Assembly: GCA_047495785.1 (NCBI GenBank)
Contig: JBLDXI010000003.1
Coordinates: 2,294,001-2,358,000 of the forward strand
DNA length: 64,000 nt
Source: Lepidodermella squamata
Lineage: Eukaryota; Animalia; Gastrotricha
Direction: 5' to 3'
Positions 51,101 to 63,284 of this stretch are shown piece after piece. Numbering within the stretch: position 1 is the stretch's first letter; every line of letters begins with the position of its first letter. The notes beneath the pieces were generated by a model. The model had not been told where the DNA came from. It saw only the letters and a program-made list of their open reading frames with translations, and ran no database searches. Both the position numbers and the translations under genes were made by a program.

Positions 51101-54100
51101 GGCGCCAGCGCGCGCAAGATCGGGAAAATTTTGCTGATGAAGATCAGAGATTGGCGGCGTTTGAGGGTCAGTTACCTATTAATTATCCCGCCTTGCACAT
51201 TTTTTGGCAATTTTTTTAATAATTGCATGAAATTATAAATTTCATGTTATTAAAGTTCTTACTGCATGAAATCGCCGTCTATTCGTCTAAGCTCTCCTAC
51301 TAGTCTTGGTCTGGGAAGATCGCGCTCTCGATCTTCTCGTCCTCGGTCAAAGTCGCCGCCACTTGGTTCAAGTTCTCAACTTCGTGCTGCTCAATCGGAA
51401 TCAAAATCGGCTCGCTCTCTGTCAAATTTGCCATCTACTCGACCCAGATCGAAATCGCGAAGCAGATCGCCGTCTACTCGATCAAAGTCGTTTTCTCCTC
51501 CAACAACGGCAACTGCTCCTCCGCCAAAATCAGCACATCGGCGATCAACAGAAGGCCAGAAATTGTCATCGATTTCAAGTCTTGGCGAAGTGTCATCTGA
51601 TTCACCAACGGCTGCATCGATATTTGTCCGAGCAGAGTACTCCGATGTTGAACTTTTATCGGAGAGTTCGAGATCGAGGTCACCTTCTCCCGAAAACGAG
51701 GGTTCCCTCATTATCTCAAGATAGCATAGGAAGGGGTCGATACCACTCTCGCTCTACCGCAACAATATGTTGTAGTATTTTTATGTATTATTTGTATGCC
51801 TTAAACAGAGTTATTGATTGTTCTTGAAAAAATGGCGCGTGAACTTGATCAATTCTTCGTAATTTCCATCGACAATCGTGAATTTACCCCAGTTGAGCCA
51901 CGAGTTTTTGTGTAATTCTCACTTGAGCAACGGCGTGTTACATAGGCGCGCACGAGTTGAATAAGAACGAGCGATAAACAAATTGATACATTATATAAAA
52001 CAGAGAGTCTAGCCACCAAAATTCACCTATTTCTTCTTTAAACTGCTCATTTACATCGCTTTACAACCGTTATACTACAAAAATGGTCGAGCTAAAGTGT
52101 GTCGTATGTAATGAAAAATTTACTGACAACCGTGGCCGAGCCAACCATCACTGTTTAAAACGCCAATTGACGAAAGAGCAAGTACAACAGCTCGAGGCTG
52201 AGGCGCGGTTACGAGCTTCAAACAACTCCGAAGACATTGAGCTACAACAAGACAATTCTATCCCGGTGTCAGTTGCAGTAGTGACCCCACAGCTTTAGCA
52301 GCGGCTAGCAGTGGCGACGAACAAGTGCTCAAGCCGAAGACGGCCCGCATCCGGTTTCTCGAGGCTAAGCTGCTGCGCAAAACAAATCGCAACGACGGGG
52401 CGGTGCCTAATCCACCGCAAGATATTCCGACTGTTGAGTCTGAGCCTGAAACACTCGAGCCGGACGAGCCGCCTGCTGATGCCTCATACGTTATTTACGA
52501 GGGCATGAAAGGTACCACCAAAGGTTACCCTCTGTTGTGTTTCGCCGACGCTCATTTCCCGAACTGTTTTACCTACGCCGGCACCGAATTTTGGCGGGGT
52601 CAGGGGCGGCGGCTGTAAAGTTAAAGCATCAATCGTCGACGGCGAGGTGAAACTTCGAGGTCAACTGGAGCCGCCAAGCCATTTGCCTTGGCACGCAATG
52701 AGTGCGTAATAGTGTATAAAATTAGTGGTGCTCTGTCCTTTACCTAGGAGTGGCTCAGTGTCTCGCTGTTCCACTTCTAGATAAATTTATTACGATGCTA
52801 AGGACTTCGCGAGCGCCCTGTTTACTGGTAACTGGGCGATTACTTATCCGCGTCACCTGCTATTCCCTGCGTCATCAACTCGTGAGTTGTAACCAGAGAG
52901 CTAGTTTAGTTTTAAAACTAGCTCTATGGTTGTAACAAATCAACAAATACATCGTGTTTATCGCCGTAGTCGCAGTTGTTTAATTTCAATTTTAATAACT
53001 CCCCCACGTTTAATTATCGCTGCAGTAATGTATTAAGAGAGAAGCTTTAGCAAAAAAAACGGCTGAGGTTATTTCTTACCAATTGCATCTCGACTGGGTC
53101 CTTCGATTTGGGTTCGGTGAAGTAATTATTGGGCTTGATAACAGCAATCTGATCCACGTATCCCAGCACACACTTCATGAGGTTGTTATCGATTTTCAGC
53201 GATATCTCAGGCTCCGCTATCAGTGAGCTCGGATCTTCCATCATCCTTAGCTTTAGGTTAAATTATTTCAATATATAAAAAAGTTAATACTAAATTTTAT
53301 GATTACCTTTTTCTCAACAAGCCAAACTTTCGTAAACATTCTTGCTGATTTTTGAAGGCTATATGACATCAGGGGCGTTGACTGCTCATTTCGAGCTTTC
53401 AACTCTTCCAAGACCTTTTCGACATAATATGGCTCCAAGACGCACGATGCGTTAATCACAGTCGCCCGCTCATCAACCAAGTTGGTTAATTTTTCGAGCA
53501 ATTCAGCCCGATTCTTCTCGATAGTGAATCGCATGGTTTCAAGCAGGTAGTCGCAATGAGCGTTGATTTCCGATGCGACTTTAGCCTTCTGAGCGTGAAG
53601 TTTGTCGAAAGCGGCAGTCCTTGAGCTTGACTTGGAAATCACAGCTGAGTTGAAACGATCCGCGAACTAATATAAAAATATAAATAAATACAATATTTTT
53701 CAAATTTCCAACCCAGTAACGATCCGAAAATGTGGAATCAATTTTTATTAATTTTTGGATATTTCAGATTAAGTTAACGCCACAGTGAATGATAAATCCA
53801 AGCCCACTCAATATCAACCAACTCGTTCGGCATCTCATCACAAGTTTCTAACACCAAAGTTATGAATTCCGCCCCAGAGTTGAGAATCGACGAGTCCTTG
53901 GTTCCGAAGCGTCTGTAATATGCTGCCCAAAAATTCCGTGAGAACAAAGTTTGCGGGGAAACTAAACGATTCGCTCTCGATAAGATTTTTATCTGATATT
54001 TTTGTTAAATAAATTCCCCGTTCAAACTTGGCCATCTAAGGGCGACGGCAACTGCTTCCCTCCTGATGGCGCCATTTTCTCAAAATCTTTGACAGCAATA

Positions 54101-57100
54101 CTAATAGGTAATAAGTAACTCTTTTAAACAACTCTTTTGGGCACAAATTCTTCGTCATCCCTCAGCGCGTGTTTGAAACGTGACACGCGCAATGCAAGTG
54201 AAATGAGAAATGACACTCTTCGACTCTATAATGCTGCTCATCCTGATCGAATCGCCGTTCAAGGTAGTTGTCGCCTAATCGATCAACTCAACAATTATCG
54301 GCACATTGTCGCTACAAACAACCGTGGCCAAAAAAGTGCCGGGTCAAAAAAACAGGATTTTTGATGATACTCCTGGCTTCATTGAAACACCGATTCTGTT
54401 TGATTCTCAATTAACGTCGTCTGTGTATCGAGACTTTCCAATGGGGAGAGAAGGATTAAAGCTGTCCCCGCTGTCCACTGCCTCCTTCCTAATCGTCGAT
54501 GCACTACTTACCTACGGCTTTTCTGTCAAATTCGAGAACGTTTTCCGCGTCTCAGACCAGCAAGTTTTATGGCCGAACGAACGTCACACCGTGCCTTCCG
54601 GGAAGTCTTTGAGATGTTACCATACGAGGCTGTCTCTTCCATCTAATGCAGAATCTTCTCAAACGGGTAAGAAATACGTGGTCCAGCCACTTTTTCAGCG
54701 ATTTCCGAGGTTTCGAGATCTGTTCGTATATTTTAGGTCCACCTAAATTTTTGTGACGATTTTGGTGAATACCCCATACCACCAGCCCCGGCGCTGAGAA
54801 CAATGTTTTACTAGCCGTTAATTACAGCCGCGAATCACTGGCAGTATCGTTTCTACCGCAACGAAAGCACCGCACTTTGACTTCGAAGGTCGGTCAATCC
54901 GAATTCGAATGCAGAACCTCGATCGCTCGCAAGTCTGCAGTCTGCCATATTCCAGAGCAGATTTCTCTTAATGCGAGAGGCGAAGAAATTGTTCTGTTCA
55001 ATCCGGAGTACGCAGCGAGCGCGCGATTTTTGATATCCGGAGCCGCTAGCAACATCGAGGTCCTCACTCAAAACGACCATTGGGACAACGACGGTACCTT
55101 CAAGATTACTCCTTTGCCGAACATCTTCTACCAGGTGTACATCATTCATGTGGCGGCTGATCAAGGGAAGACGCTCAAACGTTTTCATTTTCATTTTCCC
55201 TTGGCTTGGTAGCAAAAGCCTCTCTTTTAACTTTAAGATGAAGGATAATGAACTAGCTGTTGCGGATTCTGTCAAGGGCCTTGGTATTATTGTAGACAAA
55301 GATTTGACGTTCTCCTAACACTGTATTGCCTTAGCAATGAAAGAAGGAATTAGTGGCGGCGGTCGTTTCGGCCAAGAACAAAAAGAAGGTGAGGAAATCA
55401 GCTGAAAAAATGTATTCTGTCATCTATCATATACTTTATATATAGACATCGGATGTCGACGCTGCCTCCGTCCTGATTGACGATGATACATGCCGCGTTT
55501 GTCTCAAAAGATATCACGAAAAAGACCCATGGGTCAAATGCGGCCGATGCGGGTTTTGGCTTTGCCAGCCTTGCTTTAACTTCCATAAGGTTCCCAAAAA
55601 ATTCCACAAATTGTGTACTCCTGTGCTCAAGTAATTTCTCTTACCTGCGTTGCACGTAGAAGAGGCCTTGTTCACGCTTTCAAAGCCGTAAAACATGGTT
55701 AGTAAAAACCAACCCATATAAACGCCTAGAAGCCATTCATGGCTTTAGAGTGTAACGGCGTAATTCATTTGCGCCTCAAGTCCTACAACACTGTAACTCA
55801 AGTCACGGGGACGCAAAAAGTCACACGTCCAAATATTAAAATGAATGATTGTCACGAGTTGGTGTTTGAGAAAAAATGAAGAAAAGTAGCAACGGTGATA
55901 ACCGTATCTTCACCAGTGACATGTTGTAACCGCGCGTGACAATGCTCCAAAATATCGAAATAATTCAAAGAAAATGAGTATATTTGAGATGTAACGGGGC
56001 TCAACACAGAAGTCACACGACGCTATTCGACAGTAATGCCATTATCAAACCCATGATCAGCCGCCGGGGCGCCGGCCTGATTCCATCCTTTGGTCAACAG
56101 ACAGTCGCTTCGGAGGAAGCCGGCCTGATTGCATCCTTTGGTCAGCAGTCACTCACCCCGGTACTTGTTAATATCAGTGGCCAAAATGTTTCTGTCGAAT
56201 TATTACAACATCTGCTGGCGCGGAGCAGCCGCAGGCGGGTAAGGAGACCGATGATGATGTTGATGATGACGCGACGACAACGACGACGACGACGAGCAGC
56301 CGGGCACCAGCCAAGAGCCGGCAAAGCGCAAACGAGGTCGGCCCTTTGGTTCAAATACTCCCCCTTCATCAAAACGATTAAAACAAACAAATCAACCCAA
56401 ACAACAGTAGGCTACCGCGCAACATAGTCATCGAGGACGTGGAGGCGTTTCCGTACCTTGGCAGTGTCATCAGCCTAGACGGAGCTCACGCGGATATCGC
56501 CTTTCGACTCGAGAAAGCTAGGCACGTTTTCTCCTCGCTGAAGGCGGTCTGGCATTCGAAACAGCTTAGCAAGGCGACCAAGATGTGTCTCTACAACTGC
56601 ATGGCCAAGGCAGTCTTGTTATACGGTTCAGAGTGCTGTCGAGAGTTGGGAACTGACGTGATTCATACCACAACCGTTGTCTCCAACGAATTCAAGGCAT
56701 ATACTGGCCGAAGATCTTTTCAAATGAGGAGCTCCACCGCATTTACAAATGCCGGCGAATATCGACTGACATCAGACTCCTCCGACTCCGCTGGCTAAGG
56801 CACGTACTGCGGATTGACGCCAGGCGTACTCCCAGGCGCCAGGGACTACTACTACTACTACTACTAAGTTAAAGAGTTAAAAAGCTTACATTTGATGCAA
56901 TCCAACTGCTTTCCAGCCTTAATCTCTCGGCATGAGCGGCAGAACAGGCCTCGCAGAATAGCCTGGCACAGTGCGGACAGTTTTTCGTCTTTGGGGCTCG
57001 CATATGAGGGCAGCGATCGCCCAAAACCGTAACGACTGTTTTATCTTCCGCATCCATCATAGGCCAAGCGGCTTCCACCATTTTCACTAGAGTAAGATTG

Positions 57101-57508
57101 GCACGGAAACCTTTATAATAAAAGATAGAAATGGCTATTGAACCAATAATTGATTGTCAAGCAAACTCTTTTTGCTGTCATTCCGCCTGTTGCAAATCGG
57201 GCATTTCGTCTCGGAATTACGAGGCGGATCCGATTTCGTGAGACAATCGCGACAAATCGTATGACCGCAGTCTGGATAGAAAACCGGTGGGAAGTTTCTA
57301 AAATTTGAAACGATGCCATGAGCAATTGACATGAAGCCTTTTTTGCAAAGTTGACACCTCAGAGCCTGTTTAATGAAATGAGTATATGAAATAACATGCA
57401 AGAAAAGGTAAATAAGAAGCCACGCACATTTGGTAGGCATCCATCAATGATAACGTGGCTATCGGTTTTCCGTCGCTTTGGCATGGGACAGTTGACATCA
57501 TCAGCCAT
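48162..57508 (-). CDS. TRIM-like RING / B-box / coiled-coil / ankyrin E3 ligase, copy E (apparently intact)
   Basis: Exons 57508-57428, 57365-57167 (RING CQLC..CGHTICRDC..CPIC), 57110-56890 (CPH..CPHC..FCEACSAAH), 53666-53307 (coiled coil), 53250-53080 and 49220-48162 (ankyrin repeats). All GT-AG and in phase; no stop found. Confidence 0.85.
50270..50785 (+). mobile_element. pogo/Tigger-like transposase C-terminal remnant
   Basis: FWNRLNKFSLYDAVLLIGRAFE..RKC*, then AWLNADVE..LDDVETVQVV, resembling the region after the DDE core of Tigger-type transposases. Confidence 0.45.
52480..52700 (+). mobile_element. FLYWCH-like zinc finger remnant (probable MULE)
   Basis: TTKGYPLL..FTY..FWR..GCKVKASI..H across a frameshift. 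Confidence 0.35.
54877..55212 (+). mobile_element. MULE transposase remnant
   Basis: HWDNDGTFKITPLPNIFYQVYIIH matches the MULE first-catalytic-Asp motif (DGTFK..P..F.Q.Y.IH). Confidence 0.8.
56425..56866 (+). mobile_element. 5'-truncated RTE-type LINE with (CTA)n tail
   Basis: VEAFPYLGSVIS..RLEKARHVFSSLKAVW..KMCLYN..VLLYGSEC..LRWLRHVLR, ending in an ACT microsatellite at ~56844-56866. Confidence 0.8.
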
Positions 57509-58189
57509 TTCAGAATTAGAAAAATTAACCATTTTCAGCAATTTTCTAAAACAAATCCCTAAATGGAAATAAAATTTGAAAGAAATGCAACGGGTTATCA
57601 TTAAATACCATCTAAACAATGATCTAATCTAATCTAATGATCATGGTAATTGCTTATGATTCTGTTTTCTGCCGAGAAAAGGCAACTTGCCCGGACTAAA
57701 AGGCGATGGTGTTTTTTGAATAGTCGGACGATCGATCACATGATAGAAACTGATGGGTACCCCTGCGTCAAACGACCGTTGATGACTTCAAGCTCAAGCT
57801 GTTTGCATCTGCTATTTTCATTCTTATTCATTCGTTGTATACACGTTTTGTAATGTACAGGATTGTTGAAGCAAATTTACACGAGGCACGATGACGACTT
57901 CGACAAGTTGTGGTTCGATTCTAAGAACGATTAGCCAAGTGACTTCGTATCCTATCTAGCTAGCAGCGACGAGGAAGACGAAGGCGACGAATACCGCAGA
58001 ACGAAAACAATGAATCACTTCTTGACCTCCTATCGTGCCTGCAGAGTCATCTGTGGCTTCCGCCTTCGTGACAAACGTCGAAGAGAAGAATTCAGTTCTT
58101 GACCGCGAGGATCTTGTCACTATTATGGGTCACGTTATAGGCGAATTTTATTTACTACCGATGATTTTCATCTCTAATTTCTGTATTCT

Positions 58190-58469
58190 TATTGACGACA
58201 ATCGATTTTTACCGGCCAATCGCGTTCTTCTAGCTCGCCGTCGGTTGCGAGCCAGAACTGTTCGTAAACGGGTGGGCCCTGCTCACCCTGCTATTATCAA
58301 GAAAGATATGCAGCTTCTTGGCGTGTACTTTGATCGTTCAGACCCGAAGGTTTTGCAGAAGGAGGTTTTCTTCATCTTTCACTATTATCCTTCACTACGT
58401 GGCCACGAGAATTTACATCAATTCACAAAGAATTTGCTTGTATTCGGCACCGATCCGGTTAACGGGTAA
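58190..58469 (+). mobile_element. Second Crypton/DUF3504-like remnant
   Basis: FLPANRVL..AHPAIIKKDMQLLGVYF..LQKEVFF..LRGHENL, homologous to the ORF at 37806. Confidence 0.7.
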
Positions 58470-59112
58470 TGTATGTCACCTTATCTCATGCTCTCCTCGA
58501 AAAATTCTATCGATCCTCGTTAGACTCCGGGTCCAGTCGAAAACAGAATTACGCGGCTGCCACCGCTACGGGATCACGTGGCTGCGGTGCCCCACGATAG
58601 AATGCTCGCTGAATATCATGCTGCTGAGGCAGCTAAGAAAGCAACATCGTCGAAATCTATCGAGGTTGGAATGCGGATAGGTCGAACCATTCTCAACCTG
58701 GTCAGCAATTGCCGCTATATGACTAAGAACTCGCAAAAGGACTCGAAATCGGCGAGTTTAACCACAGTCGGTGAGCGACCTCTACTCAGTTCTCCACGGC
58801 AAGAAACTAAAGAAACAAGGAACTTGGCAAGATCCTGCCAAGAACCGGACAAGGTTTTCTTGCCAAGTCGTCGCTAAGATCCGTTCTTAACAACTCTTCT
58901 TGACAAGATCTATACTAGATCGTTGTTTTTGTGAAAAAGGTCACGTATATATTAGATTTCTTAATCTAAAATCCTAAATTTTTAGTGAGCACCTTTTAAT
59001 ATGCGTTAACAGTATTCAGCTTTATTGGTAATGACAGTAAAGTTCACGCAAAATTTACCAACACATTGAAACAGCAATTTTTGGTTACAGCAACTGCTTT
59101 TGTTGAAAAGTT

Positions 59113-60318
59113 TTAATTTGCAACAATAAAAGCCAAGTCACTGAATAGCAGATATTCAGATAGCGGCTGAGGCAGCGCCAGGCTGCCGATCGCCCCTCGT
59201 CTGCGCTTCAATCCAATCGGCAAAACAGCCAAAATCGACCGTCGGCATAACGACTGAAGTGAGCCTGGCAATTGGGCCTTGAAATCAGCCAAAGCTCTCT
59301 TCAAGCCCGGATGTTTTACAGTGAAGTCCCACTCTATTTCTCCAGAATTCGACGGTTTAGCTACGTGAACCATTCTGAGAGAAACTTTTACCCGTTCCAG
59401 CCAAGATTCGTTGCCACAACCAAATGAAAACCGATTTGGATAAATATCACATTCCATTATGTGAAATTCAATAATACTGCTGAATGTCCCTTCCCAAGCT
59501 TCTAAGCGAATACCGGCTCGAATTAGGGGTAAAAAGAACGTTTCTAGACGTTTCAAGAGATTTTGATAAAACGGGAGTCTTAGCATTTTCGACTCGAAAA
59601 TTTCATGCAGAACTTGGCTATGAATCAGCACGTGATCAATTACGTTTTCAAGTATATCCGGAAATTGCGCTCCAAATTCTGGTAATTCGTCACAAATTTC
59701 GCGAATTTGCGAATTGTTTAACCGCAAATCTTTTCCAGTCGCATTTAAATAGTCGAAAATAACTCGCAACGATTGTTCAGCCCAAATTGATTCTTGCATG
59801 AATTTCAAGTCTCCCAAACCATGCGATACAGGGTCCCACTGTCCATCCATCCATTCATTCATAGCACCCATTTCTAGCAACGATCTCAAGCACGACAACA
59901 AACACTGTTTATCCTCACTTTCGGGGGCGAAATATAATCTTCTGATCAAAAAGGAACCGATACACGGCGGCAGAAAGTCGTTCATTCTATAAGCGAGTAA
60001 GGCCAGATTTTCACGGTCAAAAATTAGCCCGGCATTGTATCCTAGCAAAACACCAACACGGCGCAATTCATTATAATCAGTGGTATCGACAATTTCGCGG
60101 AATTTTTCGGCAAGTTGATTGACAAAAAATTGCCGTATTTCTTTTGAAATACCCGTTGAGGGACCTTTTTCGCGATAAACTGGTAAAAATTCTTCGATAT
60201 CAGTGCAGAGAAAATTGTCCGCTCTTTCCAGCAACGGCAGAGCTGTAGAACGAGCAGTTGCTTCGAAAGTAGAGTTATGAACGACGCAAAGCGGACCGCA
60301 AAGGCGTTCGCAAAACAT
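59113..60318 (-). CDS. SOCS-box protein (putative Elongin BC-Cullin5 substrate adaptor)
   Basis: 401-aa ORF ending PGSLQSLCRRSI..IGSLALPQPLSEYL (BC box plus LPxP Cul5 box). The N-terminus is uncertain: a TGA lies 5 codons before the ATG where the paralog at 63.4 kb has TCA. Confidence 0.75.
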   Translation of the reverse strand: MFCERLCGPLCVVHNSTFEATARSTALPLLERADNFLCTDIEEFLPVYREKGPSTGISKEIRQFFVNQLAEKFREIVDTTDYNELRRVGVLLGYNAGLIFDRENLALLAYRMNDFLPPCIGSFLIRRLYFAPESEDKQCLLSCLRSLLEMGAMNEWMDGQWDPVSHGLGDLKFMQESIWAEQSLRVIFDYLNATGKDLRLNNSQIREICDELPEFGAQFPDILENVIDHVLIHSQVLHEIFESKMLRLPFYQNLLKRLETFFLPLIRAGIRLEAWEGTFSSIIEFHIMECDIYPNRFSFGCGNESWLERVKVSLRMVHVAKPSNSGEIEWDFTVKHPGLKRALADFKAQLPGSLQSLCRRSILAVLPIGLKRRRGAIGSLALPQPLSEYLLFSDLAFIVAN

Positions 60319-60721
60319 TTCCCAAAATAATCAAAATATTACCTTTTAAAAAAGAAGGAGCCAATTAAAAATCCATTTCAATTCCAAGAATTCCTCGAGT
60401 TCCAAGGTTTACTCTATATAATATTCAAAATGTCATTTTTCAGGGTACTTATCGCCAGAGAGCATTTTTCAGAGTACTTATACTTATCTTCGATTTTTGT
60501 TATGCCAAAGTCACCCCAGTGGACGGTAAATTTTGCGATTCAGTATTCACGAACGCGAGTTTAAATTCTACAGCATGAAAAGGAGCAAACATTCCAATAT
60601 TGAAATATTGAAAACAGTAATTTCATGAATCAAATTTTGAATGATGAAACCAAATACCGCAAATTACTCCCGTGAGAGCGAAAAGCAGGATAATAAAATT
60701 AAATGAATATCGGGACACAGC

Positions 60722-62197
60722 TTATGAAGGCACTTTTTTGACAGCCTTCATCGACATGCCATTTTCCTCGCGTTTTCGCTTGAAAAACATTTCAGCTTGA
60801 CTTCGACCGATTGAAAAACGCTCGACAAACGTCCGAATCCTTTGCCTTGACAATACAGGTGACTCGTCGAACGCCTTGTTAAGAGTCGAGATTTGAGCGG
60901 CATTCAAAACCTTCTTAGGCACGAGATCGCATCGCTGCTTTAAACACTGCCTCCTAAACCAGCGCATGATGGCTTTTCGGTCGATGCTAAACTCTTCAGC
61001 CAATGACTCGAATATTTTGTAGCCAAATTTCTCGCCCTTTTCTTTTTGATCACGAAGTAGGTCGTGCATTCTTTTAAATTGCTCTGGTGAGAATAAAGTG
61101 CTACGATTCTCAGTTAGACGAGGCACGACACTGCGACGCTGCCCCACGAGATCGCATCGCTGCTTTAAACACTGCCTCCTAAACCAGCGCATGATGGCTT
61201 TTCGGTCGATGCTAAACTCTTCAGCCAATGACTCGAATATTTTGTAGCCAAATTTCTCGCCCTTTTCTTTTTGATCACGAAGTAGGTCGTGCATTCTTTT
61301 AAATTGCTCTGGTGAGAATAAAGTGCTACGATTCTCAGTTAGACGAGGCACGACACTGCGACGCTGCCCAAAGTTCTGCCTCGCAAACCAGCCTGTGATT
61401 GATCGGGGTTGGATAACGAATTCTTCTGCCAACAGCTTGTACACGTTGTCGTCAAATTTCCCGCCTTTCTCTCTTTGTTCACGCAATAAGTCTTGCAGTA
61501 CCTTGAGCTGCTCTGCTGAGAATATCTTGCTCCGAGTTACACCTGAACCAAGCTAAACAACAATTGAAAAAACATGTCCGGTCCGCCGAAATATAGAGCC
61601 GAAAACACGTTAACTTACTTTAGACCTGCGCCATTTACCGAGCCAACTAGCAATCGATTTCCTAGAAAGACTCAATCTGGCAGCCAGTCGATCGACGCGA
61701 TCAACGTTGAATATGCTATTCGTTTCATATTCCTAATTAAATGATTAAATTAGGGTGCAACTTTCAATTAAATGTAACAGTCCAACCTTTTCAAGGATGG
61801 CTTTGCATTTCTCGCTTATTCCTGTATTCGTCGGCAGATTCTCCAGGTGACAACTTTTACGAATTCTACGCCTCGCTTCACTGAACCAACGCGATACTTC
61901 AAGCGGGGTCAGACCAGCAGAGCTTGCGATTTTAGCGATCTCTTCATTCGGTGGATAAGCACTGGCTTGAAAGGCAGCGGTTAACATCTCCAGCCGTGAT
62001 CGACTCATGCGCTTTGCTTTAACGGCGCAATCTTCGTGGCGATATAGCCATCTTTCAACGCGCAATGGAGAATCTTTGATCTCGGCAGCCACGGCTCGAG
62101 ACAATGACCTACGCGATATCGCCTTATCTTTTTTCCACTCATCGAGGCGACGGCTTATAACATCAACTTGCCAGGGCTCGAAAGAGAACTTCAACAT
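60722..62197 (-). CDS. Protein with about seven divergent homeodomain-like repeats
   Basis: Exons 62197-61787, 61732-61619 and 61552-60722 (phase-0 GT-AG introns). Best repeat: LEMLTAAFQASAYPPNEEIAKIASSAGLTPLEVSRWFSEARRR. Others show FSxEQ...LAEEF..I..WF. Upstream exons are possible. Confidence 0.8.
60920..61369 (-). repeat. Exact 225-bp (75-aa) tandem duplication of one homeodomain unit
   Basis: CACGAGATCGCATCGCTGC at 60920 and 61145; the translated units are identical. Confidence 0.9.
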
Positions 62198-62293
62198 TAT
62201 TCTACAAAAATGTATTAGCAAAACGCTTATTATTTTTGATTTATCTGCCTGGAGGTTGATTCGTTCTCCCCAAGTATGTTTTTCGAGAGTTCG

Positions 62294-62397
62294 AGAAATC
62301 AGTTTGTGAGCTGGTGGGTGTATGCGATGCGCTGTGTACGTATGTTTTTCCTCGTATTCGTTAGAAAAAAATTAGAAACGAGTTTGTGCGAGAACCT
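62294..62397. mobile_element. Solo TIR of the Harbinger-type MITE family
   Basis: AGAAATCAGTTTGTGA...AGAAACGAGTTTGTGCGAGAACCT-TAA, similar to 15324-15427. Confidence 0.6.
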
Positions 62398-63284
62398 TAA
62401 CCATCGGAAACTGAGATTAAATAAAGCGTGTAATTTTTGATGGTTTTGTTGAAAATACGAAAATTAAATATTCCGATGGTTCCGAGGCTTCAAGTTGAAA
62501 TGGTTCGAGAAAAGAAAATAAGTTTCGATGGTTTCATTTTACTTCGAGAGTTGGTGAGCAATTCATCACGCCCCAGATCGTTACTTCTAGTGAGAACGCT
62601 AACAAAATGCAAGCTTTGTAAAAAGCTATCAAGTGAGCATTGACTACCTAATTAATAATTGACCGTTAAAGAAATAAAAAGGATATTTGCCGAATTTTAG
62701 CGTTTTTTCTGTATTTTTTAGCAAATCGCAAATTGAATTTCGATTTGAAAAGGGACGATTTTTGGATTCCAAGACATTAGTACTCTGTTTTTCTGGGGGA
62801 TTTCGAATTTTCAAAATTCAGACCTCTAGGAGGCTTCCGTCTACCGCAAAAAACGAAAGACCCAGAGTGTTGCCTAAGAAACCTTTAGGTTGATTTAGGT
62901 TGACGTGAAAGCACAAGCTTGATTCCATCAACATTTTTGATTAAATAGCAAGATTCCTCACGTTAGATTACCCCGAAAAAACCTGGTCTGTGCATTATAA
63001 AATAGCATCAGACCTCTCTTTGATATCGTTCGACTCCTCGTTAATTGATCTTGGAAGCGGCATCAAAACCTCACGATGTCAAAAGTTTCGTCAAACCCCA
63101 TTTTTCACTTGTTAACGGTCATTTTCGATTTTCTGATAAGGATATAATTTTTCTAATTTTAAGAGTGGAAGATACAAATGAACAAGATTCTCAGGAGTTC
63201 TGTCATTCAGTTATAATAAAAACAATTAGAGAAAACAAAATTACAGTTAAAAAAGAATTATATTTAAAGCATTTGAATATACAT

